From NCBI GenBank assembly GCA_030141605.1, contig JAQGDQ010000025.1, positions 602,907 to 666,906 on the forward strand: a stretch of DNA of 64,000 nt, in the 5' to 3' direction. The notes below the pieces were generated by a model, which saw only the letters and a list, made by a program, of their open reading frames with translations, ran no database searches and had not been told where the DNA came from. Shown piece by piece: positions 14,201 to 25,564 of the stretch (position 1 is its first letter; the number at the start of each line of letters is the position of its first letter). The DNA is from Tubiluchus corallicola. Its lineage: Eukaryota > Animalia > Priapulida. A program made the position numbers and the translations under genes.

Positions 14201-15581
14201 AATATGAAAGAAATTATTCTCATCGGTACATGATAACCTTCTCCTCATCACTGTAAAAATATTTCATCTTGCAATTTTGCGATAATGCAACTTTATTTAA
14301 ATAAGGAAATATACTTACACAAAATTTTTAACATTGTCAGTTTTGGTCTACTTAAGGTCATACAGAGTTCACTTAATGAAGTTACTCACTTAATTCAGCA
14401 TTGTAAGGTCATGCCACTTTATCCACAAGGTCTCAAATTAAAACACAGAAAATGCACAGGCCAAAGATGAGAAATTAATAGCAAGGCTTATAAGAATCTT
14501 ATAGAAATTAACACTTATAAGAAAAAATTTCAAACAGAAAGTAGTAATTTTAAGTAGCTTATATGCACAGCACTATAACCCACAAATTATAGTTTTGCAA
14601 GTAGCACCCGGGGTGAGAAATAACATAATTTCCTTTAATGTTTACTGCTTACGAAATACAATCAAAGCAATGCTTAGCAAGCAGACCAATGAAGACTTAC
14701 ACTGTACCAGAACGTTTAATGTGATCATTGATTACATGTATGATATTACATTTCCCAAGAAGCACATATCTTCAAAATTTAATGTAGCATTAAATGCATA
14801 AGCCAGTAACACCCCTCATAATTATCCCAATCAAACTCGTAAGTGCTTAGCCACCCAACCATATGACATGCTGACGATCAAAGTTAACTTTCCCAAAAAA
14901 ATATAAATCCCACAAAATACTTGGCTTTCTTTGTAAAGAAAGTGTTGCACACAACTTCTAATATTTCAATACCAATGATGGATTGTTAATAAGTAGTTGT
15001 GGATACTAAATACGACACATGTTGTCAACAGATAAAAACATGTCACAACAAACTTTTCTGATAAAATATAAGACGATAGAAAATTGTCCAATAAATTTTA
15101 CATTCAGCTGTCTTTCTAATATTGTAAAAACTCTGCAAAATCTAGAGTTAATTTTACTTTTAGTTCTAAAAAGTAGCCCTAGCTGTAGACATCAGGATAA
15201 ATTATGCATAAAGGAAAGGGTTAGGGGGTTCAGGACAAAGGGTAGCGAAAGACCAATTGGTCATCAAGTCAGCTACCCTTAATACACTGTAGTACAATGA
15301 AAACAAAAATTCAGCAAACGACAAAGTTTATGAAACATCAGTATTATTTATAACATATAAATATTTATTTAGGTGTAAGTAAAATAAACTACCATAAACT
15401 GTTAATAATATTATAAATTTAACTGCGTATACTGACCATCGTCCAGCAATCTTTCTAAATGAACGAAAACGTTCGGAAAAGCAGCTATTTGTTTTTTATC
15501 TTTCAATAACTGGGCAAGGTAATCAGCGCTGTTCTGCTGCTGTTGAAGTGTCACCTGTGGAGTAGGACTGCTATTTTCCAT
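5294..15581 (-). CDS. QKI: Quaking/How STAR-family KH RNA-binding protein, 5' four coding exons (3' part unresolved)
   Basis: Exons are 15437-15581 (MENSS...[32 protein letters not shown]1), 9777-9913 (EINKVR...[12 protein letters not shown]), 6708-6824 ([41 protein letters not shown]) and 5294-5437 ([25 protein letters not shown]...LLIPA). All introns are GT-AG and phases are consistent. Confidence 0.93.
5760..6560 (+). mobile_element. Degraded non-LTR retrotransposon (L2/CR1-group) 3' fragment in QKI intron 3
   Basis: The RT motif [13 protein letters not shown] is at ~5776-5814 and KYLG at ~5986, with many stops and frameshifts. It ends in AATAAA plus a short-repeat tail at ~6535-6560. Confidence 0.7.
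9458..9690 (+). mobile_element. tRNA-derived SINE (Meta/MESC-domain-like), 5'-truncated copy
   Basis: It has a B-box-like GAGTTCAAT and the core GTCATACCAAAGACTTTAAAAATGG...CCTGCCTAGCGCGTGG, and is paralogous to 10826-11092. The Meta-domain assignment is from memory of the consensus. Confidence 0.7.
10826..11092 (+). mobile_element. tRNA-derived SINE (Meta/MESC-domain-like)
   Basis: It has an A-box-like TGGTCTAGTGTTAG, a B-box-like GAGTTCGAT, the core GTCATACCAAAGACTTTAA...CCTGCTTGGCGCGTGGCAT and an (ATT)n tail. It is a second copy of the 9458 element. Confidence 0.75.
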
Positions 15582-16820
15582 CTTACAATGTCACTAAAAA
15601 GCTTCTATTGAAGAAGAATTTTTACAATGTCTCAACTTTTCATCACGCGCGACATCTAAAACCACTATACCGCTGTACCTACTATACATGAGAACCGCTG
15701 CAACGCGTGACGCAGGAAACTTTAAAGTTTTACGGCGCGTGCGCATTGCTGGACGAAACCACTTTTATGGGTAGGCTTTTGCGCCTACTCGAACGAAAAG
15801 ATCGAGCGGGTTATAAGAGATTTTTTAAACTAATTTTATTTATTTTGTTTGGAACTTAGAATGTATGAATGTTATTATCAAGGCTTGCGTAAAATGCAAT
15901 TTATAAATGAACGTTGTACTAACATCTTTAAATAACAAAATTGCTAAACAAAGTGCGATTTCGTTGACATCCACCGCACTGACGTAAAACAGCGAGCTCC
16001 AGCTCAATGGAAGAAACTATTGCCACTAAAACTAATTATACCATCTGAAAAAATTCCACTTATCAATAACACTGGCTGAATGCTTCGCAGGATATCCACC
16101 TATGTCCAACATTAAACTCACATTGAGAAAAGGTACGGGTGAAAGCAAGAACTTGATTTTGATCTTATAAGATTTTATTAACTATGACAAATTCAACGGG
16201 TGTGCGGTAAAAATGGCACAGGAAAAAAATATAGAACAGTAGGTAAAAATGGTACAAGTGGAAAAGTATAAAAAATAAACACATGAGTTATTTTGATACA
16301 ATTTATTTTATAATAAAGCGTTCAATAAGAAGCAGACGTCTGCCAAAGCCGAACAATCAGAAACTTACTCAACTGATGAAAAAACGTAGGACAAAAATAA
16401 ACAAACATAAGAAAATGTACCAGTAATGGCCATTTTTATATAAATTTTTCCTGACATGTCTGTTTTCATGTAATAGTGACCAAGCAACCAGAGACCAGTT
16501 TCCAATTACACACAGATTGCACAAACAATTTAAATGCTTATATACAAATGCACATGTAAACACATTGGTCACACGAAGAGACATAAGTACCATATTTATC
16601 TATGAAGGCAACAAATAATATTATTTTTACATGTTCAAGTCAGTAATCTACGTGTACCATTGTAGTCTATAACAAGAGTGGCATAGCGGTGCCGCCTAGC
16701 GGAAAATAACAAAACTAACAATTGCGTCTCCTTTTCCGAACCCCATTACAGCTCAACAAGAGTTCTCTCATACTAGCACAGCCTTCTAAGAACGTGCATG
16801 TCAAACTAATTTTCGTCTGA

Positions 16821-16891
16821 GCATCGGTGGTTCAGTGGTAGAATGCTCGCCTGCCACGCGGGCGGCCCGGGTTCGATTCCCGGCCGATGCA
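16821..16891 (+). tRNA. tRNA-Gly (anticodon GCC)
   Basis: Canonical 71-nt cloverleaf GCATCGG...CTCGC CTGCCAC GCGGG...GGTTCGATTCC...CCGATGCA, followed by a TTTT Pol III terminator at ~16895-16898. Confidence 0.97.
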
Positions 16892-17542
16892 TACTTTTGG
16901 TTTTCCATAAAGTGGCGCAATAGCTGCTAATAAGTTACTTCGATAACTATTCCACGCCAGCAAGTTCCACCACTAGCAATAATTATTTATTTAATTAGCT
17001 TTATGGCTACAGATATAAAAAGTACTTTCAGTATCCATCCCTATTAACTCCACTTACTGCCTTACAAGGCAACGTGAGCAAGCTAAATCCCGAGGCGCCT
17101 CACGTTTAACATCCATTTTGAAAGGGGCACCATTTCTGCTCAAGCTGTTATGGTCTCACTGCTGTTAGGGTGTCTGGCTCATTTCTAGCGGTAAGACAGT
17201 ACGTAAGTATTTTCCAGTGACCGCCCCCAAGTCACCCAGACATGCCTGGAAAATACTGTGGTCAATGCTAAGAAGAATTACTGAACTGGAAAAAATGAAT
17301 TCATAGGAAAGGGTTACAGCTTCTAAAATCCAAATCCTTCCTTTGGCCATTGTGTATGCAGTTTTGCTGCAGAATTTTTGATAATTCATTCTTTCCATTC
17401 ATTACTTTTAATGTGCCCGTGCTCGGTATAATCAACATAATTACAAAAATTACACATATTTCCAGCAGCAAAAAGTGATAACTGCCAGCATGTTTAGAAG
17501 AGATTACACATACATAATGTAAAGCAGACTGTATGTCAACAA

Positions 17543-18147
17543 CAGGGGCGTAGCCAGGTTCTAAAGTTGGGGGAGCAGGTATATAGAAAAAGCGCCGTGA
17601 CCACACCAAGCAATTTTTAACACATTGATTATGCATTTTAATTTTATGTTTAAAATCAAAACGTGGAAAAGGTACAGTTTTAAAGCAAGTACATAATTGT
17701 TATTTTGTATTTAAAATTAAAACACAATAAGTCTTACCGTAAGCTCTTAAATCTCAAAACATAATAAAAATGTGTGTAATTTAATCATTTGGAACATAAA
17801 ATGAAAACAAAATGAAGCATTGCGAAAAATGTATCATGAAAGAACTACAACAGTCTCTTTCCTCTAGGCTTCATTCTTGCAAAGTAATCTATAATTTCAT
17901 TATAATCAAGTCCAGTAGCCAACTCTCTTTCAGTGAAGACCAAAGCTAACTCAGACAATCTATCCTCGCCAATCTAAACATTGTAAAACAAAGGTAGGAT
18001 TTTATTTGTTTCAGTCGACTAAACGTTCGTTCAGCGACCTCACAAGTGACCTAAAGAGCTAAAACAATTGTTGAAAGGTGCCAATTTTGAAAAAAATGTA
18101 CTAAGGGAGAGGCTGCTCCCCTTGCTCCCACATTAGCTACGCCATTC
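17543..18147 (-). mobile_element. Non-autonomous hAT (Tip100/ZMYM1-like) element with a transposase C-terminal relic
   Basis: The TIR is CAGGGGCGTAGC...GCTACGCCATTC and the TSD is GTCAACAA/GTTAACAA (7/8). The minus strand reads VTCEVAERTFSRLKQIKSYL...EDRLSELALVFTERELATGLDYNEIIDYFARMKPR, a hAT dimerisation domain. Confidence 0.8.
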
Positions 18148-18364
18148 GTTAACAAGGAAAATGTGCCTAGTTCACAATTGGAAGTTAATGAATGCAGTGA
18201 TTTTGTAACTTCTATTTCTCAAGCACATTCCAAACAAAAACTGTGCAAAAATGATCACAAATTTATTTTCAAGGATTTACATAAGAAAAAATCACAGTAT
18301 TTCTAAAGTAATGTAACAAAATGCATAATAAGGCAACACAACATTTGCTCTTCGTAGTTTTTGT

Positions 18365-21300
18365 TCAAGATTTGTCGAGAGCCGATTTCCATGTTTCACT
18401 GCTTGGTGACGTAGGTTCTACATACATGGCAGGTATTGAACTACTGAACGTGTTTGAATTTGGTACAAGATATCTGTCCCATTCCATTCTAAAAACATTA
18501 AAAGCCAAAATGATAATTAAAAAAATATTGTATTTACACAAACAGTCATTAACATAAGACAATGTATGTTACAGATTCTGCAACGACTAAAGTCACTGAA
18601 AATGTCTAGAAGCACTAATAAACACAACATTTACAGAGGTGCATAGTACAAAAAAAATTAAAGGCACAACAACTCTAAAAATACCAAACAATCGTGAATG
18701 TGCTGACACATGATCAACTCTGGTCACTCAACAGCAACTGAATCGAGTGTTTTTATGAGAGTGTTTTTATCTTTGAATTTCTATGATGTTTTGCATAGCA
18801 AAAAACGCTGAACTACTGAATCTACAGCATTATTGTAAAAATGACAAATACTTTCAATTGTTTAGCTTTTTACAAGTTATTCAAGTCAGAAGTTAATTTA
18901 AAATTGGGATTTTCAAATTAAAATTTCACAATGGCAAACATCACGATGACTTTAGTTACTTACCTAGTTTTAATGAAGTTGTCTATGTTATATAGTGCTT
19001 GATTATAGTACTGGCCATTAAAGCTGACCTCATATATCCTATGTTCTGAAAATAAAGTTATTATACATTAACTTCATACAAATTTACTGGCAGAAGTAAG
19101 CCTGTACCAAAAAATACAAAAAGTATCCCTTAAGATGCTAAGTGCTGAGACAGTTTTACCTATAAGTTATTAAATGCTTAAAATACTGCTTAAAATAAGC
19201 TGGTAGAACAAATTTCTACATTTATTGGTTAAAAGTGCCAATTATCTTAAGTCAATCGATTTTAAATTACAAAGTAATTTGAAAAAATGCCAAATACAGT
19301 TATTTTGATGTCATACAGTTTCGATGCAATAATTTGTGCAACAAATAAAAGTACAACAAAAACGTTTAAATCTAAATCACAAGGATCTTTAATACCTGGC
19401 CTTCCGAAAAGTTGTAAACAGGCCTCATCCCTTTCTTTTTGGTTTTCAACTTGTTGCTTTTCTTGTTTTCTGGCCTTCTCCCTTTCTCTCGTTTCCTCTT
19501 GTTCAGTATCCAACATTACCTGCATTAAAAACAAAATAACGCATTAGCTTATCATTATCAATAAACGTCGTCGTTGTCATTTCGATGCTGCTACATTCTA
19601 AGAAAACATGGCACGTCCCACCTTTGCCTCTCATTGCTGTCCGCTGCCACCGCCCACGATGCATCATCCCTCAAATCTAGAGTTGCATTTGCTTAAGCTC
19701 TTTGCAGTATATCATTAGCTGACCTCCTCTCTGTTTTTTTGTCATTTCAAGAGTTTTACGTAATGTTATAGGAAGAGGAGATTCTTGAGGTAATCTTAGT
19801 GCATTCCCAATCCAATGCAATCTTTTTACTCGAGCTGAGGATGCAATGATGAACTGATAGTGTCCTGTGTGCACAAAGTTTCCTGATACCGTGAAGAAGT
19901 GAAACCATTCAGCTCGTCCTCGTACATCTATGTTTCAATGAGTTTTTGCTGCTCGTTTATGTATTTTGTAATTTCAATTTATTGTTGTCATTTACCTTTA
20001 AAAAAAAGGTAATTGGCGAAACATATTATTAGTTAGATCATCAATGGATTTTAATGGACGCTGTTCAAACCCTCAATACAGCCTAAAACATACCTATGGT
20101 TAACAGTTTCACAAGAGAAACTAAATAATTTGGTGATGCTATCTGTATAAAATGACATTACAAAATCATTGACTTTGAAATGATTTTGAAAGATTTCCCT
20201 GATAAAAAACCTAGAAATCTCTGTTTTTAGAAGGCCAATTTACAAACAGTATGCCAGTAATTGCCTTTACTTAAATAAAACATTAAAACTTCATTTGGGC
20301 TGTCAATTTTTAGTATTTAATTGAGGCTGACTGTGGGGTCTCAAGTCCACAACACTTTTTGGCTGAGACGGAGTACTACACGAAACATAAGACATCAATC
20401 TTCAACTTTTGTAGGGTACAGGGCCCCACTACAGATTTTCTAATTGGGTCCTGCACTTCCCAGCACCGGCCCTGCTCAATACAACGTAAAATCAAGATTA
20501 CTAGGACATTGCAAGGCATGTGGAAAACGTATCATTTATGTTAATCTGGCAAATGTCATAAAAACCCAATCTAGGGTTAACAATCACGAAATTACCTGTA
20601 AAGTTTTTTGTTCACTGATATATACTTTCCGTTGGCTCTTCGTGAAACTTCTTACTTCTTTAATGACCTTAGCAAATGTTTCATCTGCTTCCTCTGGAGG
20701 TTTTAATCCTAATAAAACATGTAAAGATGTAAAAATTTAATGCAAAAAAAAACCAAACACTATAACAAAATAAAAAAGAGCAATTGCCACAATTACACCA
20801 AAATTAGTTTATATTTATTTGATATCATTATTTGTACAATATTCGTCTAAGAAAATCAAACATATCAATATTAACTTCACGGAAAAATTCTAGAACCTTT
20901 TTTCTATTCATTAAGATGAAAAATGAATACATTTTTTAAAAAAAAGGTAGATTTTCTCTAAAATGTTAAAAATTAAAGCTATAATTACACAAAATCAAAA
21001 TGCACACTGCTTATTTCCTATAGTTGAAGGCGTCATACATTAGCAGAAGACATACGCTTTCATCAGTGATATCGCCGGTTTAAAAAATTTTGCTGCTAGT
21101 AATGTTAAAACTTTTAAAAATGCTGCCTGCTGTTTCATTGGATTTAAACTAAAATTTGGGGAGTAAGTAGCTTGCTAGTATTAAGTTATAGATTAACACT
21201 ATGTTGGGCAAAAGCTTGGATACTGAATGACCTTTAAACATATTATACACTGTGTAAAGAGTTGTAAAGTTATTTTCATTGTAGAATGTAGCATGCACTC

Positions 21301-21423
21301 TACGGGGGAGCATAAACATAGACTGCACAGATACTCTTCTTTACGGTTCAACTTCACCACCATACCCACACCCCCATGCACGCGCACACACACACACACA
21401 CACACCAACACGCACGCGCACGC

Positions 21424-21469
<46 letters not shown>

Positions 21470-24400
21470 TGCACAGTACCTTTACGGGCTGCAGCATCTT
21501 TTCTCAGTTTCCGTAGTTGCTCCAGAGCCGTGAGAAGTCTCAGAATCTTGTCCACATCCACAAGTTTCCTTCTAACTTCACTCATTGTTTCATCGGCTGC
21601 TTTCTTCAACTGACTCTCCTGTCATTTTAATAACTTTATGCTCTTGTCGCTTTTTACTGATAACTTAATAATTTTAATAATCAATAACTTTGAAAATGCA
21701 AGTTTTAAAGGAAATTTCACTAAGCAGCAACTCCATCTAAATTTTCAGAATTTTCAGCAACTCCAAATAAACTGGTGGCATAGATTAACCAAGTTTTCAG
21801 CTAAGAGCATTTAATGCACCGTAAAACTCTATTCAAACTTAATAAATCCATAGACCCTTATCTTGTATACCGATATCTGAGTTTCATTAATCATTCACTT
21901 CACTGTCTCATCTATCATATCCCTGCAGCCCCAATTAATTTTCGCCTTTTTTCCTTGCACATTTTACTTCCTGTTTTACCACCAATATATGAAACTATAT
22001 TGTATTTTTAATGATTTTTAATACTGCGACTGTCTTCATGTCAGAGGCTTTTTAAATATGTTTTTTTATACCTATTAACCAATCATATAGCACCGTTATA
22101 CGATTTCAGCTGTTCATGTATGTATTGTTTCAATTTTCCATGTACTAAGAAATGCAGTTTAAACCAAATTTTCAGTCTACAGTTAGCATCTTAAGTGTCC
22201 AGATTCTTTTTGATTTTTACGCTAGTAGCAAGCGATTTCTTAACAAACAGCAGTACCAAGGATAAACAATTTTATCTTGACGAAATAATTTCTCATGTAA
22301 AAAAATATGTTACCCAAAAAATATATATAGCTTGCTATCAAATAAGATATACTGTGCATGTCAGAACCCAAAAAACAGCATATTTAAAGTATATTTAAAT
22401 GCCAATATTCACATTTGTCAAATACTGGTTCTAGTATAGTTTAGCAAGTGTCATTTGCATAAGACATGGCTGAAGTCTGAAGACATGGATAAATGTGGGG
22501 TTCAGCATCACACTTGAACATATTATGGGATACTATGCTTGCAAAACTTATTATGTTACCTAGTTATCAAAGTCACAGTATTAGACTTTCTGGAATAATA
22601 GCTAGAATATATGTTTATAATTTATGATGTATTATAAATAAGTGTAAAAATGTCCAGAACATGGTCAGCATGCTGGGGTTTTATGCAGTTGGCTGCCTTT
22701 AAAAAACCCTTTACATAACAGGATTTTTAAAAGAAACAGGAACTCGAAAGTGAAGCACCAACCTAGTAACTTAGTTAGCTCAGTAGTTGCCTTTAGATAA
22801 CTTACTAGCCATGTAACGGACATATGTGTAGGGCACTTAATGCTTAAATATGCTTGCTGTTATGGTGGTTATGTTACATTACGTCTACAATGTTTAGTTC
22901 CACATGCCCAATTAAATGTGTCAGTGCACACTACCAGACAATACAAAATTTAGGGAAACTTGATGTCAACTTCGTCATTTGCTTAACTAACACAAAAAAT
23001 TCACTAACAACTAAGTCAATTCATTACCTGTTTTTCCTGTCGCAGTTTTTCAAATATAGCATTCTGCCATTGATCTATGGCTTCACTTATTTCTTCCCGC
23101 TCCTTTTCTTTATCTTTGAACTCTAAGTACCGTCTCATTTTCCGTCGTTCTCTGTATTTCTGAAATTTAGCACTATTGCAGAAAAGTGACAGCCTATATA
23201 TGCTAACTTCAAGCAAGTTGAACAAATAGGATAGCTATCATTAAAGTCCATGCACACTTTGCACAACAAACCCTTTTGCCACACTTTTGATGATGTGCAT
23301 ACCACACAAACCAACGTGGACCCAAGATTCCTACCAAATTACTTTGAAAAATAAGTATTACATTAACAATACAATTGCAAGGGGACTAATATGCCAATTC
23401 CAAGGCATACATCTGCTGAGCAAGAATCAAGAATCAAAGGAGCTGTAAAATTAAAACAAGTCTTCTAAATCTGCAGTGCACAAGCACATGTAAAAATGAA
23501 AAATAACAATGACATAATTCAACTCTCCTATTACCACTTATATCTCACTAAAAAATAATATTATTTAATTATTTAAGCCACCAATAAACATGATCACAGC
23601 AATGGCACAAAATAACTTCACTTATTATTAGTTTTTGCAAATAAATAGCCAACTAAATGGATGTTTACAGCACGCTTACAAACACAAAAGATAGGCTAGC
23701 AACAATGTTTTTCGACTTACTAATTATTTCAATTTTAGTCTTACCTTGCGCTTCTGTGCTCGTTGCATTTGTTTAGTCGCTTTTTGCAAAAATTCTTCCT
23801 TATGCAAACAGTCAATTATACTTGTGGCAGATTGCTGTACAAAAAGACGTTTATGTCAAAAATTAATTTCTGCACAAGGAAATGAGTTACATCTAACACA
23901 AAAATTTTCAAGACAAAATGTTGTTTTTATTATTCTAGCAAAAATCTAATTAACTATAGAACCGTATTAGAATAAACAGAATGGCTTAATGTGTATATAC
24001 CATAGTAGCTATAGATTCCTCCATTACATCCTCCCAAGGATAGGTTGTGTTAGTCAGATGCTCCTCTAAAGTGCATTCCTTTTCTTTTAAAGCACTCAAT
24101 AATGGCAAGGCTTTACAAAGAGCAGTCTTTATATCGGCTAACTGTAAACACAAGAATAAAAAATCAATATTTCTTAATAAGTAGAACAAACACTCAGCAG
24201 TACACTGACAATATTGCATAAGAAATATTTCCTCAGATATGTGTCATATCAGAGGGTTTTTCTGTGACAGCAGTGATAATTTGAAGGTCAAGAAAACCTT
24301 TTACTTACATAAAGTTAAAAAAATTCATCTTGAAATTTTGTACAGAGCTTGTATTAGCAGCAACGCTGTATAAAACTTGCAAATTCAAACTCCCACAATG

Positions 24401-25564
24401 ACCGTTAGGAGTAGCCACTAACGGTAAGTCACATGAAACAAATTTAGATAACATTGCAAACAGTTTGAAAAAATAATCAGAGCATTTGCAGTACACACAA
24501 CACTAACTAAGCATAAGATTAATAATTCTTTCCTTCATGCATCGGTGGTGTCCACTGGTAAGATGATAAGGTGATGTTTTACCAGTTGGTGCGAACATTC
24601 TAAATTGTTAAGAACTCTCTTTTCTAGTTGCATAAGTCTTTCAAATAGCTAAGCGTAATGCAAAGTAATATAACTACGTACGGAAAGCTTTTTGATACAT
24701 ACGCTTTTTCTTCTTCTTTAAAAAACATTAGCAATGTCCAGAAAGACACCTGCATGCACAATGACTTGTTCAAAAATACTAAATTTAAATACAAGAGACC
24801 AATAAAGTAAATTTATAAAAACAATTAATTACCGACATAAGGTCTTCCTGTTTTTGTTTTTGCTGAGCTGCAGAAATTCGTCTTTTTCCAAACCGCTGCC
24901 AAACCCACATCTGATCAACACTTTGTAGAGAACCGGCTGATGCATTTACCATTTCACTCTTTGACTCCTCCAAAGCTGAAGTACCATCGGAAGTATACAA
25001 CGCTTTCTTAAAAGGTGGCACACTACCCTCAGAAAGAACAATGTTCTGGTGTTCAGGTGGGTTATTCATAAATGGAGATGCATTTTGTCGAGGAATTTGA
25101 TTAGTGTTAAACGAGACTGCAGGTGGTGGAAAATTTCTTATGTTAAGAGAAGGGGGAGGCACATGTTTAAGGTTAGGGGGAAGCCTAGTGTAAGGTGCTC
25201 GAGTGGAAATCGGAGGCTGAAATGGAGGTGTTCGATTTCCTACAGGTGACGGTGGCATAGTTACACCATCTTTCTGAAAATGTGGAAGACGAGAGGCATG
25301 AGGCATATAGTTGTTACTGACATTTGTGGATTGATGGTGTTGGGAAAATTTGTCTGACTGGTAACACATCCTTGGGTTGTTAAAATTCGCATTTGGATTA
25401 CAGAAAGTCATCAACCCCTCCCTACTTCCAGGACTTCCGCGTAAGGATGCCCTCAAGGGGGCTTTTGCATGCTTCATTGGCAGAACATGTCGAAGATGTG
25501 GTTGAGAAAAAAAGTTCTGATTAGAGCGATACGAGGAGGAGATAAATTGATGATTTGGTTCCAT
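18365..25564 (-). CDS. PDCD7: Programmed cell death protein 7 (U11/U12 snRNP 59K), ~558 aa
   Basis: Coding exons are 24833-25564, 24001-24141, 23745-23834, 23028-23159, 21480-21618, 20596-20708, 19396-19519, 18964-19045 and 18365-18488, and the frame is continuous. The N-terminus is Pro-rich. Motifs LKKAADETMSEVRRK, LEQLRKLRKDAAARKG, VMLDTEQEE, QYYNQA and WDRYLVP match recalled PDCD7. Confidence 0.9.
19565..19880 (-). mobile_element. RTE-type LINE 3' relic in a PDCD7 intron
   Basis: The minus strand reads RLHWIGNALRLPQESP...KKQRGG, resembling the RTE ORF C-terminus. It ends in a (GAC)n-like tail near 19565. Confidence 0.55.
21380..21467. repeat. (CA)n microsatellite, interrupted
   Basis: A CA run is directly visible, ending ~12 nt from the PDCD7 donor at 21479. 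Confidence 0.95.

Noticed and set aside
19380-19400. Possible U12-type intron in PDCD7
   Set aside because: The donor is GTATTAAAG, not RTATCCTT. All reconstructed introns look U2-type.
24539-24600. tRNA-Gly-like start GCATCGGTGGT...TGGTAAGATG
   Set aside because: No anticodon arm, T-arm or 3' acceptor strand can be formed. At most a decayed fragment.
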